Notes: generated by a model from the sequence alone, not told the origin. 64,000 nt of DNA from Myxococcota bacterium (GCA_965247115.1 CBDFGR010000002.1:1920001-1984000), one strand, 5' to 3'; shown: positions 29,469 through 39,754, counted from the first letter of the stretch. Made by a program: numbers and translations.

Positions 29469-29936
29469 ATGACCCAACGATCCACGCAGCACGCGACGTT
29501 CGATATCGAGCGCCTCTTCGACGCCTCGCCGGCGCGAGTGTTCGGCGCCTGGGCCGATCCCGCCGCGAAGGGGCAATGGTTCGGCCCGGGCGAGGGCGAG
29601 GGCAAGCTCGAGCTCGACTTCCGAGTCGACGGACGGGAGCATTTCACGGCCGCGCTACCCGACGGGAGGGTCCTCGGCTACGACGCGCACTACCAGGAGA
29701 TCGTGCCCGGCCAGCGCATCGTCTACGCCTACACCATTGACTTCGATAAGACCCGGATCTCGGCGTCGCTCGTGACTGTGGAGATCACCCCGGCCGGCGA
29801 ACGCACGCGCCTCCTCTACACAGAGCAGGGCGTCTACCTGGATGGCGGTGATACTCCGGCCGACCGCGAGCACGGCACGCGCGAGGAGCTGGAGAAGCTG
29901 GACGTCGCGCTCTCGCGTGCGGCCGTGAGCGGCTAA
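29469..29936 (+). CDS. SRPBCC/AHSA1 family protein
   Basis: IERLFDASPARVFGAW, DFRVDG, EIVPGQRIVY; typical ArsR partner. Confidence 0.9.
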   Translation: MTQRSTQHATFDIERLFDASPARVFGAWADPAAKGQWFGPGEGEGKLELDFRVDGREHFTAALPDGRVLGYDAHYQEIVPGQRIVYAYTIDFDKTRISASLVTVEITPAGERTRLLYTEQGVYLDGGDTPADREHGTREELEKLDVALSRAAVSG

Positions 29937-29943
29937 CAAGGCC

Positions 29944-30957
29944 CTAGACGTGTAGCTCCAGGACGTCGCCGTCCGCGATGGGGTGGTCGCGGCCGACCTG
30001 CTGGCCCTTCGAGGCTCCGCGCCAGAGGCGTGCGTACTTGAGCTGCGAGGCGAGCTCGCGGTGTACGAGCCTGGCGACGTCGTGCACCGTATCTCCCTGC
30101 CGCAGCGCGAAGGGTTGCTCCCGCTCCGGCGGTTGCCCGGGCACCTTGCTGTAGACGCGCAGGATGCCGAGGGTTCGGAACCACCAGGGACCGATCTGCT
30201 CGCAGCCCTTCCCGCTCTCGGCAGAGACCACCAGGCCAGGGAAGTGCGTGTCCAGCAGCTCCTGCAACGCTTCGAGCTCTCCCTCCGGATCGTCGCTCTG
30301 GTCGGCCTTGTTTCCGACGAGCAACGTGGGGAGACGCACGGCGAAGGGATCCGGAGTAGCCGGATCGGAACCAGCGCTGCGCTCCTCTGCGCCGGGCAGG
30401 AGGGTCACGCGCATCTCGCCCAGGATCTCGCGTACCGATGCAACCTGCTCCACACACTCGGGCTCCTGCAGGTCGACGACGAGCATGCTGGCATCCGCCG
30501 GCTGAAGGGCGTTGCTGAGCCACGGCAGCGCGTGTTCGCGGGAGACAGGTGGCAGGTCGACGAGCTGGAAGAGGATGTCCTCACACGGGAGCATTCCCGG
30601 CAGGAGGGCGTCCGTGGTAAAGGGATAGGAGCCGACCTCCGCGTGAGAGCTCGTCAGACGTGCGTGGAGCGCGGACTTGCCCACGTTGGGAGCGCCTACG
30701 AGCGCGATTTGCGCCGCGCCCTCCGGGCGGATCGTGTGTGTGGGACCGCGGCGACCCCCGCCTTTCCTCGGGGCCTGGAGCTCGTCACCGAGCTGCTTGA
30801 TCCGCGTCTTGATCTCGGCCTGGAGGCGCTCGGTTCCCTTGTGCTTCGGGATGGTGCGCAGCATCTCGCGCAGGCACGCCAGCCGCTCGTCGGTGTCGCG
30901 CGCCTTCTTGAAGGCGGCCTCCGCCTTCCTGTACTCCTGGCTCAGGTTTGCCGCCAC
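29944..30957 (-). CDS. DRG/Obg-family GTPase with TGS domain
   Basis: IPKHKGTE, GAPNVGKS, YPFTT, DLPP, NKAD, SA, C-terminal TGS (RVYSK..DGDVLELH); GTG start at 30957. Confidence 0.85.
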   Translation of the reverse strand: MAANLSQEYRKAEAAFKKARDTDERLACLREMLRTIPKHKGTERLQAEIKTRIKQLGDELQAPRKGGGRRGPTHTIRPEGAAQIALVGAPNVGKSALHARLTSSHAEVGSYPFTTDALLPGMLPCEDILFQLVDLPPVSREHALPWLSNALQPADASMLVVDLQEPECVEQVASVREILGEMRVTLLPGAEERSAGSDPATPDPFAVRLPTLLVGNKADQSDDPEGELEALQELLDTHFPGLVVSAESGKGCEQIGPWWFRTLGILRVYSKVPGQPPEREQPFALRQGDTVHDVARLVHRELASQLKYARLWRGASKGQQVGRDHPIADGDVLELHV

Positions 30958-31059
30958 GGCGCTCTGGGCCTCGGTGTGGGTCGCTGTCCCGAATCCTATC
31001 CCGCCCGCCGGGTTTGCGACAAACTGGATCGGAGAGGATGTCCGGAGCATAATCGCCTC

Positions 31060-31953
31060 ATGACGGCGTCCCTCGACTGGCTGGGCTGCGCGACCTTTCG
31101 GTTGCAGATCGGTCGCCTGGTGGTGTTTCTCGATGCCTACATCGATCGCGTTCCGTCCGCGCCGCCCGTCGGGATCTCGGTAGCCGAGATCGACCGCGCG
31201 GATTGGATCATCGTCGGCCACTCGCACTTCGACCATCTCTACGGTGCGGAGCGTATCGCGCTGCAGACTGGCGCAACCATTGTCGGTTCCTATGAGACGG
31301 TGCGTGTGATGGAGATGCAGGGTGTTCCCCTGGCGCAGCTCATGCCGGTAGCGGGGGGAGAGAAGGTGCGGCTCTCGGACGACGTCGCTGTCGATGTATT
31401 CCCGAGTCAGCACTCCTGCGTGTGGACGGCGCGACAGCTCGGGCCGTCCGCCGAGGTCTGCATCGGTGATCTCGGGGTCACGTACCAGGAGCAGCAGGAG
31501 CGGCTCGGGGAGCTGCAGCGGTACATGGGAAGCCTCGACGGCGACGTCAGGAGTCATCTGGAGGCCAGCGCGCAGGGACCACGCGGAGATGGCGGCGCCC
31601 TCGTGTACCTGTTCGACACGCCGGAGGGCCGCTTGCTCTATCAGGACACCTCGGGCCACTGGACGGGGATCTTCCGGGATCTGCGGCCGGACGTCGCGAT
31701 TCTGGCCGCGGCCGGGCGCGGCAACATCGACGGCGAGCCGATCCAGGGCACGCTCGCGCAGTTCGTTGCACGCCAGGCCGACCTGGTTCGCCCGAAGCGC
31801 GTGATTCTGTCCCATCACGACGACTGGCTGCCGGGCTTCTCGAAGGCGATCGATGTCGCACCCATCCGAGACGAGTTCGCGCGCGTGGTCCCGCGCGTCG
31901 AGCTGCTGGAGATGGGCTACCTGGAGGCCGCGCCGATCTTCAAGGGCATCTGA
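31060..31953 (+). CDS. MBL-fold metallo-hydrolase (UlaG-like)
   Basis: WLGCATF, GHSHFDH, SHHDDW. Confidence 0.85.
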   Translation: MTASLDWLGCATFRLQIGRLVVFLDAYIDRVPSAPPVGISVAEIDRADWIIVGHSHFDHLYGAERIALQTGATIVGSYETVRVMEMQGVPLAQLMPVAGGEKVRLSDDVAVDVFPSQHSCVWTARQLGPSAEVCIGDLGVTYQEQQERLGELQRYMGSLDGDVRSHLEASAQGPRGDGGALVYLFDTPEGRLLYQDTSGHWTGIFRDLRPDVAILAAAGRGNIDGEPIQGTLAQFVARQADLVRPKRVILSHHDDWLPGFSKAIDVAPIRDEFARVVPRVELLEMGYLEAAPIFKGI

Positions 31954-31965
31954 GGCCTGCGATTT

Positions 31966-32487
31966 CTAGGATCCGGGGTAGCGCCAGGGCGGCTCCGCCT
32001 GATCCACGTCCGTGTCGATCGCCCACTGCGGCAGCCCGAAGCCGTCCCCTACGTCGATGAAGACGACCCGGACACGGGTCCCGATTCCCACCGAGCGGAC
32101 GACGTCCGGAGGGGCGAGCTCGCCCTCCGGAGTGACCAGGTTTCCGGTGAAACGCAGTGCCTCGTGCTCGCTCGGCTGGCCGCGCTGCTCGTCGAGCTCG
32201 ACGAGCAGGGTCGAGTACGGCAGGTGCGAGCGGTACGCCGGATGGATCGCATGGTGAACCTCGCAGTAGGAGACCACACTTCCGCGACCCGATACGGGCG
32301 CCCAGTCGTAGTCGGGAGTTCCGTCCCACGGGTTGGCAGTACCGGGCGGGTACGAGAGCAGCCCGTTGCTCTGCCAGCGCTGCAGGTGCAGCTCGTGCTT
32401 GCCGCACCACTCGAAGAATGTCCGGCTCTCGGGATCCGTATCCCCTACAGCCAGCTTCATGCCGAGGTATTTGCCCTCGAGTGCCAT
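31966..32487 (-). CDS. DUF35 OB-fold acyl-CoA-binding protein lacking the zinc-ribbon cysteines
   Basis: HELHLQRW..YPP, SGRGSVVSY, PYSTLLVELDE, IGTRVRVVF; adjacent to thiolase-like gene. Confidence 0.85.
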   Translation of the reverse strand: MALEGKYLGMKLAVGDTDPESRTFFEWCGKHELHLQRWQSNGLLSYPPGTANPWDGTPDYDWAPVSGRGSVVSYCEVHHAIHPAYRSHLPYSTLLVELDEQRGQPSEHEALRFTGNLVTPEGELAPPDVVRSVGIGTRVRVVFIDVGDGFGLPQWAIDTDVDQAEPPWRYPGS

Positions 32488-32496
32488 TGTTTCCTC

Positions 32497-33740
32497 CTAG
32501 CCTCGCCGCATGACGAGTGCGGAGCCGGTGTTGGGGGTTGCCCAGCCGAGGTTCGCGGTGAGCTCGGGATCGCGGACCTGGCGGCAGCGGCCCTCGCTGT
32601 AGTCGTAGCTGTGCTGTCGCTTCCCGTCCGGGCCCTCGGGGCAGTAGTCGTCCACGTCGTGGCGCAGCTGCCGGACGTTCTCGATCACCATGTTCATTCC
32701 GTGCGTGTAGCCCTCGCACAGGTGACCGCCGTTCGTATTGTTGGGCCGACGGCCGCCCAGGCCGATCGTCCCGTCACTCACGTAGTCTCCACCCTCGCCC
32801 TTCTCGCAGAAGCCGTAGTCCTCTAGCTGGAGCAGCGTGGTGAAGGTGAAGGCATCGTACGAGCCTGTGACGTCGATGTCCTCCGGCCCGACGCCTGCAT
32901 GTGACCAGAGCCGGTCTCTTGCGTAGTAGCCTGCGACCCGTGTGAGGGGTCCGCACTGGTAGTGCATGTCCATGCGCGGTTTGCTGCAGCGTCCCACTAC
33001 CGAGAGGATGCGTGCAGGCACATGTCGGTAGTCGTAGGCTCGTTCCGCGGACGTCACGATCACACACGTGGCGTTGTCCGTCTCGACGCAGCAGTCGAGC
33101 AGGTGCAGCGGGTAGCAGATCACGCGGCTGCTCACGACGTCATCCACGCTGACCCGGTTCGTGTAGTAGGCCTTGGGGTTGTTCGACGCTCCCCACGAGT
33201 GGAACTTCTTGACGTGCGCGACCTGCTCCGGGGTCGTGTCGAACTCGTAGAGATGGCGCATGAAGCAGTGCGCGAACATCTCCGCCGGACTGAGCTGGCC
33301 GTAGATCGCGCCGAACATGCCCCGGGTATTGTACGTGCCACCCCTGCCGCTGCCGCCCATGCGCGCGCCGGTGGCGCCGTTCATCGACCGAAAGACGGCC
33401 ACCGTCTCGCACATGCCCGCTTCTATCGCCCCGATGCGAGCCCGATCAGCGCTTCTGTGGAGGACCCCCCACCCCAGACGTCCATGTAGAAGTTCAGGCG
33501 GATCCCGAGATCGGCCGCGATCATCGGCGACATCGTCGAGTCGCTCACCTGGTACGACATCATCCCGTCGACGTCACCGGGCGAGATGCCACAATCGGAC
33601 ATGGCGTTGCGCACCGCATCGACTCCCATGTGCCGGGTGGTTCGGCCCGAGTTCCGCGTGTACGGCGTTTCGCCCACCCCGATGATTGCGTACTTGTCGC
33701 GCAGATGTTTGTCGCTGCTCGCGTCCTGCCCGCTTGCCAT
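32497..33740 (-). pseudogene. SCP-x/Ltp2-like thiolase-fold protein interrupted by a 1-nt deletion (pseudogene or sequencing error)
   Basis: YAIIGVGET N-terminus (33423-33740) and PLHLLDCC, YDAFT, NTNGGHLCEGY C-terminus (32497-33414); adding one base between 33435 and 33436 restores LIGLAIGAIEAGMCETV. Confidence 0.85.
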
Positions 33741-33860
33741 GCGTCCTCCTCCTGCTACTCAGCGCTAAGGTATTTCCCGCCCTCCGTTCGCTGAATCCAA
33801 GCTCTCGATGATAGACGAGACCGCGTCTCAAGTGGTGGCGGCGGAGACGGGCTATCCTCC

Positions 33861-34688
33861 GTGGTCGTGGAGCTCAAGGTCACGCGTTACGAGATCGAGG
33901 ACAGGATTGCCACGCTGACCCTCGACCGGCCGAAGCGGCTCAACTCGTGGACCGGCCGGATGCACACGGAATACCGCTGGATCCTCGAACAGGCGGAGCG
34001 CGATCCCGACGTGCGCGTGATCGTGGTGACGGGAGCGGGGCGGGGCTTCTGTGCGGGTGCGGATACGGCGGCCCTGGAGAGCCACGTGGAGCGCGGCGGC
34101 TACGACCCCGGCACGCCCGCGGAGCTCGCGCGCCCGGGCTACGGTGTGCGGCCGGAGTTCGATGCGAACTTCGCCTTCCACTTCGGACTCACCAAGCCTG
34201 TGATCGCAGCGGTGAACGGCCCCGCCGCCGGCGTTGGGTTGGTGATCGCGTGCTACGCCGACCTGCGCTTCGCGGTCAAGGGAGCCAAGCTCACGACAGC
34301 CCACGGCAAGCTCAACCTGCCGGCTGAGTACGGCCTGTCGTGGCTGCTGCCGCGTCTCATCGGACTCACGCGCGCCAACGACCTCTTGCTCTCGAGCCGC
34401 GTCTTCCTGACCGACGAGGCCTACGAGCTCGGCCTGCTCAACGCGCTCCTCGAGCCCGCCGAGCTCTTGCCCCACACGTACGCGTACGCGCGCGAGCTGG
34501 TCGATGCCGTCTCTCCCGCATCGCTGCGCGAGACCAAGCGACAGATCTACACCGATCTGCACCGCGACGTCGGTGCCTCTGTCCGCGAGGCCGACGCGTT
34601 GCTGGAACGCATGACCATGGAGGACGACTACCGCGAGGCGGTCGCCGCGTTCCTGGAGCGGCGGCCCCCGCGCTGGTCCGGAAGCTAG
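33861..34688 (+). CDS. Enoyl-CoA hydratase/isomerase
   Basis: DRPKRLNS, GFCAGAD, KPVIAAVNGPAAGVG. Confidence 0.9.
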   Translation: MVVELKVTRYEIEDRIATLTLDRPKRLNSWTGRMHTEYRWILEQAERDPDVRVIVVTGAGRGFCAGADTAALESHVERGGYDPGTPAELARPGYGVRPEFDANFAFHFGLTKPVIAAVNGPAAGVGLVIACYADLRFAVKGAKLTTAHGKLNLPAEYGLSWLLPRLIGLTRANDLLLSSRVFLTDEAYELGLLNALLEPAELLPHTYAYARELVDAVSPASLRETKRQIYTDLHRDVGASVREADALLERMTMEDDYREAVAAFLERRPPRWSGS

Positions 34689-34694
34689 CCTGGT

Positions 34695-35687
34695 TCAGAG
34701 CCCGTTGACCTGAGCGAGGTCTCCACTGTCTTCGTCGGCGGCTCCCGCCTGGGCACGCGAGGCTGCGCGCTTCAGGATCCGCCAGTAGCCGCGCTCCTGG
34801 CAGGCTCGCTCCAGCACCCCGCGCTCCTCCAGCAGCCTGTGCATCCTTGGCAGGCTGTAATGAGGCACGGTCATCAGCAGATGGTGCTCCAGGTGGTAGT
34901 TCACCCGGTTCGGAGCGATGAGCAGCCGCTCCCACCAGCGCGCGAGCGTGGTGCGGGTATTGCCCAGTGCGTCGTCGGGGTCGGGTGTCAGTGCGTGCTC
35001 GGCAATCGACCGGATCCGTGTCACCAGCGTGTGTGTTGTGAGCCAGGCCACGACCCAGAGCAAGTAGAGCTCGGGCTGCCCGAACAGCGCGAGGATGCCG
35101 AGCAGCACGACGTTGGTGATCACGACGCCACGCGCGGCACGCCGCGCGACGGGGTCGTGGCGATAGCTCCCGAATGTCCGATTCCAGGCTCCCCGTGCGA
35201 ACTTGCGACCGGTCTGGCCCGAGAGATCACGCCAGGCTTTGCGTCGCAGACTCGCCCATGTGATCGGGAAGGGTCTGACCAGCGCGATGTCCGGATCCTC
35301 GTCGCTGCCGGTCCTGGCGTGGTGCTTCAGGTGGTAGGGCCGGTACGGACCCAGGTCGCTCCAGATCGGATAGGCGCACAGCCAGTTTCCGACCCAGTCG
35401 TTCGTGGTGCGGCTTCGTAGCAGCGTGCGGTGCGACGCCTCGTGCATCAGCACGGCGAAGCCGAGCTGCCGGGCTCCGATCAGAAACAGGGCGGCCAGGA
35501 TCGTGAGGGGGTTCGGCCAGACCCCGACGAGCGCAAATGCCGAGAAGACCAGCGCCCAGTCGAGCCCGATCGAGAGCCACGAATGCAGGTCGTGCAGCTC
35601 GAGCAGGCTCTTCACCTCTTCGCGCGTGAGTGCGGCCCTCCAGCCGGCGTCCAGGCTCTCGTTCGCTGTCGTGGCACTCTCCGTCAT
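34695..35687 (-). CDS. Membrane fatty acid desaturase/hydroxylase family
   Basis: Three His boxes HEASH, HLKHH, HLEHH plus AEH; TM helices. Confidence 0.9.
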   Translation of the reverse strand: MTESATTANESLDAGWRAALTREEVKSLLELHDLHSWLSIGLDWALVFSAFALVGVWPNPLTILAALFLIGARQLGFAVLMHEASHRTLLRSRTTNDWVGNWLCAYPIWSDLGPYRPYHLKHHARTGSDEDPDIALVRPFPITWASLRRKAWRDLSGQTGRKFARGAWNRTFGSYRHDPVARRAARGVVITNVVLLGILALFGQPELYLLWVVAWLTTHTLVTRIRSIAEHALTPDPDDALGNTRTTLARWWERLLIAPNRVNYHLEHHLLMTVPHYSLPRMHRLLEERGVLERACQERGYWRILKRAASRAQAGAADEDSGDLAQVNGL

Positions 35688-36568
35688 CTCTCTTCTCCTG
35701 CGGTCTGGGGCCTAGCGTGCAAGGCGATCGGCCCCTGTGCGCCCATGCGGGTGTCGGCGGGCGCGCTTCGGTGGGGGACGTCGAAGCGTGCCAGGAAGTC
35801 GGCCCACGCGTTGCGACCGAGGCGGTCGTAGCGCCGCATCGACTCGAGCAGCTCCCGTCGCTCCGTCCCCGAGACGATTGCGTCGGGTAGAAGCGGGTCG
35901 AGCACGAGCTGCTGGATCACCCGGCCGCCGAGCAGAAAAGACTCGACCATGGCGCGCTCGACGGGCATTCCCGCGAGCCGGGCCGCGCTCTTCTCGAGCT
36001 TGGCCCGCAGCTTGCGGTGTGCGTCTCGGAGCGACTCGGCCGACCACAGCCCCCGAGCTCGGCCCTCGGTCACGCTGTCGAGGGCGCGCAGCTCGAAGAC
36101 CAGATCTCCCGCGGGAAGGCCAAGATCCGCGAGCTCGGCCTGTAGTGCGCGGCAACCACCGCGCAGGTTGTCCGGGCGCACGCTGAGAGACGCCTTCAGC
36201 GCCCGGAACCCCAGAAAGCGCAGCGCCTGCGAGCGCCGACGGAGCTCCGCCCGTGTGCCCCCGGATGGCCGCGTTCCCACGAGAACGCCCACCCAGCCAG
36301 CGTCCCAGCGTCGCAGCCGCCGCCCGACCTCTCGCCAGGACGTGACCCTGCTCCCTACGGGACGGGCCCCTTCCCCGAGCCGATAGCGGCCCCTGGCATC
36401 ACGCTCGACCTGGTTGGCCGACCGCAGTCGGGTGAGGGCGACGCGGACACTGTTCTCCGCGATGTCAAAGAGCTCTCCCGCCTCCACCAACGCGCTCACC
36501 GGCATGCTGCCCCGGCGCAGCGTGGACAGCAGGTCGAGGACGAAGCTCTTTGCCGTGGGAGAGGTCAC
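35684..36568 (-). CDS. PaaX-family transcriptional regulator
   Basis: ENSVRVALTRL..RGRY, ALRFLGF, RPDNL, LDPLLP; 4-nt overlap with desaturase start. Confidence 0.85.
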   Translation of the reverse strand: MTSPTAKSFVLDLLSTLRRGSMPVSALVEAGELFDIAENSVRVALTRLRSANQVERDARGRYRLGEGARPVGSRVTSWREVGRRLRRWDAGWVGVLVGTRPSGGTRAELRRRSQALRFLGFRALKASLSVRPDNLRGGCRALQAELADLGLPAGDLVFELRALDSVTEGRARGLWSAESLRDAHRKLRAKLEKSAARLAGMPVERAMVESFLLGGRVIQQLVLDPLLPDAIVSGTERRELLESMRRYDRLGRNAWADFLARFDVPHRSAPADTRMGAQGPIALHARPQTAGEER

Positions 36569-36577
36569 GTTCAAGAC

Positions 36578-36614
36578 ATTACAAGATTCGGTCAAGTCTG
36601 TCTAAATCTGTAAT
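36578..36614. promoter_or_regulatory. Putative PaaX-type operator ATTACA-N25-TGTAAT
   Basis: AT-rich inverted repeat ATTACAAGATT/AATC-TGTAAT in the divergent promoter region. Confidence 0.55.
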
Positions 36615-36667
36615 ATTTCGAACGGCTCGGCTTGTGCCGAACGCCGCTGCCCCCGTAGGCTCTAACA

Positions 36668-37657
36668 GTGGCAGTAATCGAGACGGCCGTTGCGCGCGTG
36701 TTCGTGACGCGGCGCATTCCCGCGGCTGGGCTGGATCGGATCGTCGCTCTGTGTGCCGCGGACGTCTGGGACGAGCCGCTCCCGCCACCGCGTCACGTCT
36801 TGCTGGAACGCGTCCGTGGCTGCGCCGGACTGGTCACGTTGCTCACCGAGACGGTGGATGTGGAGCTGATGGATGCCGCTGGAGTTGGGCTTCGCGTGAT
36901 CAGCAACTTTGCCGTCGGCTTCAACAACGTCGACGTCGAAGAGGCCACGCGGCGAGGCATCCGCGTCGGAAACACCCCTGACGTGCTCACGGATGCCACC
37001 GCCGATCTCGCCTTTGCCCTGTTGATCTCGGCGGCGCGTCGCATCGTATCCGGCCAGGACTACATTCGAGCGGGCAAGTGGAAGACATGGGAGCCGCTGG
37101 GCCACATTGGACGCGACCTGTCCGGCGCAACACTCGGCATTGTGGGGATGGGCCGGATCGGCAGCGCGCTGGCGCGCCGCTGCCGTGGCGGCTGGGGCAT
37201 GCGGGTCCTCTACCACGATCGTGTTGCGAACGAGGTGGCGGACAAGGAGCTCGGCGCAAAGCGGGTTGACTTCGACACATTGCTCGTCGAGTCCGACTTC
37301 GTGTCGGTGCACGTCGATCTGAACGACTCCACCCAGGGCATGTTCGACGCCGCCGCGTTTCGCAAGATGAAAAGCACCGCCGTCTTCGTGAACAGCGCGC
37401 GCGGCCCGATCCACGTCCAGGCGGACCTGTGCCAGGCGCTCCAGTCGGGCGAGATCTTCGCTGCCGGGCTCGACGTGACGGACCCGGAGCCCGTTTCCCC
37501 CGACGATCCGTTACTCACGCTGCCCAACTGCGTGATCGCCCCGCACATCGCGAGCGCGACGGTGTCCAGCCGAAACGGCATGGCCGAGATCGCCGCCGAC
37601 AACCTGCTCGCCGGATTGCGAGACGAGCCGCTGCGCTGCTGTGTGAATCCCGAGTAG
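36668..37657 (+). CDS. D-2-hydroxyacid dehydrogenase (glyoxylate/hydroxypyruvate reductase)
   Basis: AVGFNNVD, NTPDVLT, GMGRIG, VNSARG, AGLDV..EP, PHIAS. Confidence 0.92.
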   Translation: MAVIETAVARVFVTRRIPAAGLDRIVALCAADVWDEPLPPPRHVLLERVRGCAGLVTLLTETVDVELMDAAGVGLRVISNFAVGFNNVDVEEATRRGIRVGNTPDVLTDATADLAFALLISAARRIVSGQDYIRAGKWKTWEPLGHIGRDLSGATLGIVGMGRIGSALARRCRGGWGMRVLYHDRVANEVADKELGAKRVDFDTLLVESDFVSVHVDLNDSTQGMFDAAAFRKMKSTAVFVNSARGPIHVQADLCQALQSGEIFAAGLDVTDPEPVSPDDPLLTLPNCVIAPHIASATVSSRNGMAEIAADNLLAGLRDEPLRCCVNPE

Positions 37658-37690
37658 AATTCGCCTCACGCACCACGGGGGAGCAGAACT

Positions 37691-38575
37691 ATGCGTGAGT
37701 TCGGCGGCAAGACCGCGGTTGTCACCGGAGCGGCAAGCGGGATCGGCCTGGGCCTGGCGGGACGCTTCGCGAGCGCAGGCATGCAGGTCGTGCTGGCCGA
37801 CATCGAGGAGGAGCCGCTCAAGCGGGCGGTCCGTGAGCTCGAGCAGAGCGGTCATCGTGTGCTCGGCGTTGCAACGGATACGATGCGACGCGAGTCCCTA
37901 GAGGCGCTGGCGGAGCGCGCGATCGACGAGTTCGGCAAGGTCCACGTGCTCTGTAACAACGCGGGCGTGGCGAGCCGCGGAGACGCAGGTCGCGGTACGG
38001 CAGTCTGGGAGGTCCCGAACCCCGACTGGCAGTGGGTGCTCGGCGTAAACTTCTGGGGCGTTCTGTACGGTCTTCAGGTCTTCGTCCCGCGTATGCTGGA
38101 ACATGGGGAAGAGGGTCACATCGTGAACACGTCTTCCCTCGCCGGCCTGATGCCTGGCTGGGGTGCATACGGCGTCAGCAAGCACGGTGTGCTGGTGCTG
38201 AGCGAAGGGCTGTACAGGAACCTGAAGGACCGCGGCGCGAATATCAGCGCGTCGGTCCTGTGCCCGGGCTTCGTGAACACGCGGATCTTTGACGCGGAGC
38301 GCAACCGTCCAAAGGAGCTCGGCTCCGAGCTATCCCAGCCGGATGAGGGCTCGCTCGCCGCAGCCACGGCGATGCTCGCGCGGGGGAAGCAGCCGGCCGA
38401 GGTCGCGGACGTCGTCTTCGAGTCGATCCGGGAGGACCGCTTCTACATTCTTCCGCATCCGGCCTGGGATGACGCCGTGCGTGGCCGCGTCGAGCACGTC
38501 CTCGCTCGAGCGGCGCCCCTCACGCTGGACTTCGAGCAGCTGATGCGCCGCCGTGACGAGGGCGAAGACTTATGA
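37691..38575 (+). CDS. SDR family oxidoreductase
   Basis: TGAASGIG, NNAG, YGVSK. Confidence 0.92.
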   Translation: MREFGGKTAVVTGAASGIGLGLAGRFASAGMQVVLADIEEEPLKRAVRELEQSGHRVLGVATDTMRRESLEALAERAIDEFGKVHVLCNNAGVASRGDAGRGTAVWEVPNPDWQWVLGVNFWGVLYGLQVFVPRMLEHGEEGHIVNTSSLAGLMPGWGAYGVSKHGVLVLSEGLYRNLKDRGANISASVLCPGFVNTRIFDAERNRPKELGSELSQPDEGSLAAATAMLARGKQPAEVADVVFESIREDRFYILPHPAWDDAVRGRVEHVLARAAPLTLDFEQLMRRRDEGEDL

Positions 38576-38582
38576 CCTGTCA

Positions 38583-39754
38583 TTAGATCAGGCCCTCGGC
38601 TTCCATTCCTAGCATCAGTCGGCCGAGGATCTCGCCGCTCGTGTCCGGGTCGAAGATGGTGTTGGAGGCGAGCGTGTGGACGTCGCGGTGGATGCGCTCC
38701 AGTGCGCTCGGCTGGCGGTGTGCGGCTGCTCCGCTCGCTGCCGCGATGTCTCGCACGACGTCGCGGCAGGTGCGCACCATGTGCCCGGCCTGCATCCGGA
38801 GGCGTGCGCGGACCTCGGGGGGGCAGATCTCCTCGCGTTCGCCCCAGGGGGCGAGCTCGGCGGCGACAGCGCGCGCCATCTGCTCGGCGCCACGAACGGT
38901 CACGTCAGCGTGAGCCAGACGAATCTGCGCGGCAGGCTGCTCTGCCTGGTGGCTCGTCGTCCCGTAGAGAACGCGCTTCCCGAGCCGCTCCCGAAAGACC
39001 TGGACGGCCTGCTTCGCCGCTCCGATGGCCGGGCTGCCCGCGGCCAGACCGAGCAGCGGGACCATCGGGATCCGGAACAGGGCGCTCTCGTGCCAGAGCG
39101 CGCCGGGTCCGCGTCCCTCAGTGATCGGGGCGACGGCCTGAGCGTGGTGTTCGGGAACGAATACCTGCTCGGCCACAATGTCGTTGCTTCCGGTCCCGAT
39201 CATTCCGTCGACGTACCAGGTGTCGATCACCTCGACTCGGTCGATGGGTACGATCAACACACGCACGTCTGGCGGACCGTCGCCGGGAACACTGGCGGTC
39301 ACGAGGACCCAGTCGGCGTGCATGACGCCGGTCCCCCACTGCCAGCGCCCCGTCAGCTCGAACCCGCCGTTGACCGGCTCGGCCACCCCGCCCGCCGAGA
39401 TGGAGCCGGGCGCCATGATGTACGGCTGGCTGCCGAAGATCTCCTCCTGCGCCTTTGGCGCGAACTGCGCCAGCATCCAGTTGGTCACCATGCAGAAGGT
39501 GGTGACCCATGCGGTGGACGTGCAGCCCTCTCCGAGCGCGATCCCGATGCTCACGTACGTGTCCAGGTCGAGCTCCAGCCCCCCGAAACGACGCGGCACG
39601 AAGAAGCGGAAGACCCCCGTGTCCTCGAGCGCCTTCATCACCTCATCTACCGGCTTGGAATCCGCTCCGCCTCGGGAGCGCTGTCCGACAGCAGGGGGGT
39701 CAGCGCTTGGATGCGGGAGAGGAGTTCGGGACCTGCGAGGACTGAGCTCGACAT
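38583..39754 (-). pseudogene. Acyl-CoA dehydrogenase-fold flavin monooxygenase (HsaA-like) with a 1-nt frameshift near the N-terminus
   Basis: VPRRFGG, GCTSTAW, GRWQWGTG, DTWYVDGMIGTGSND; ATG 39754 frame reads ..AERI then stops, and adding one base at about 39657 gives AERIxKPVDEVMKALED. Confidence 0.8.

Noticed and set aside
26980..31818. Apparent long N-terminal fusions in the ORF track (26233-27756, 28686-29444, 29944-31818, 29983-31953)
   Set aside because: The extensions overlap other real genes; true starts are 26979, 29115, 30957 and 31060
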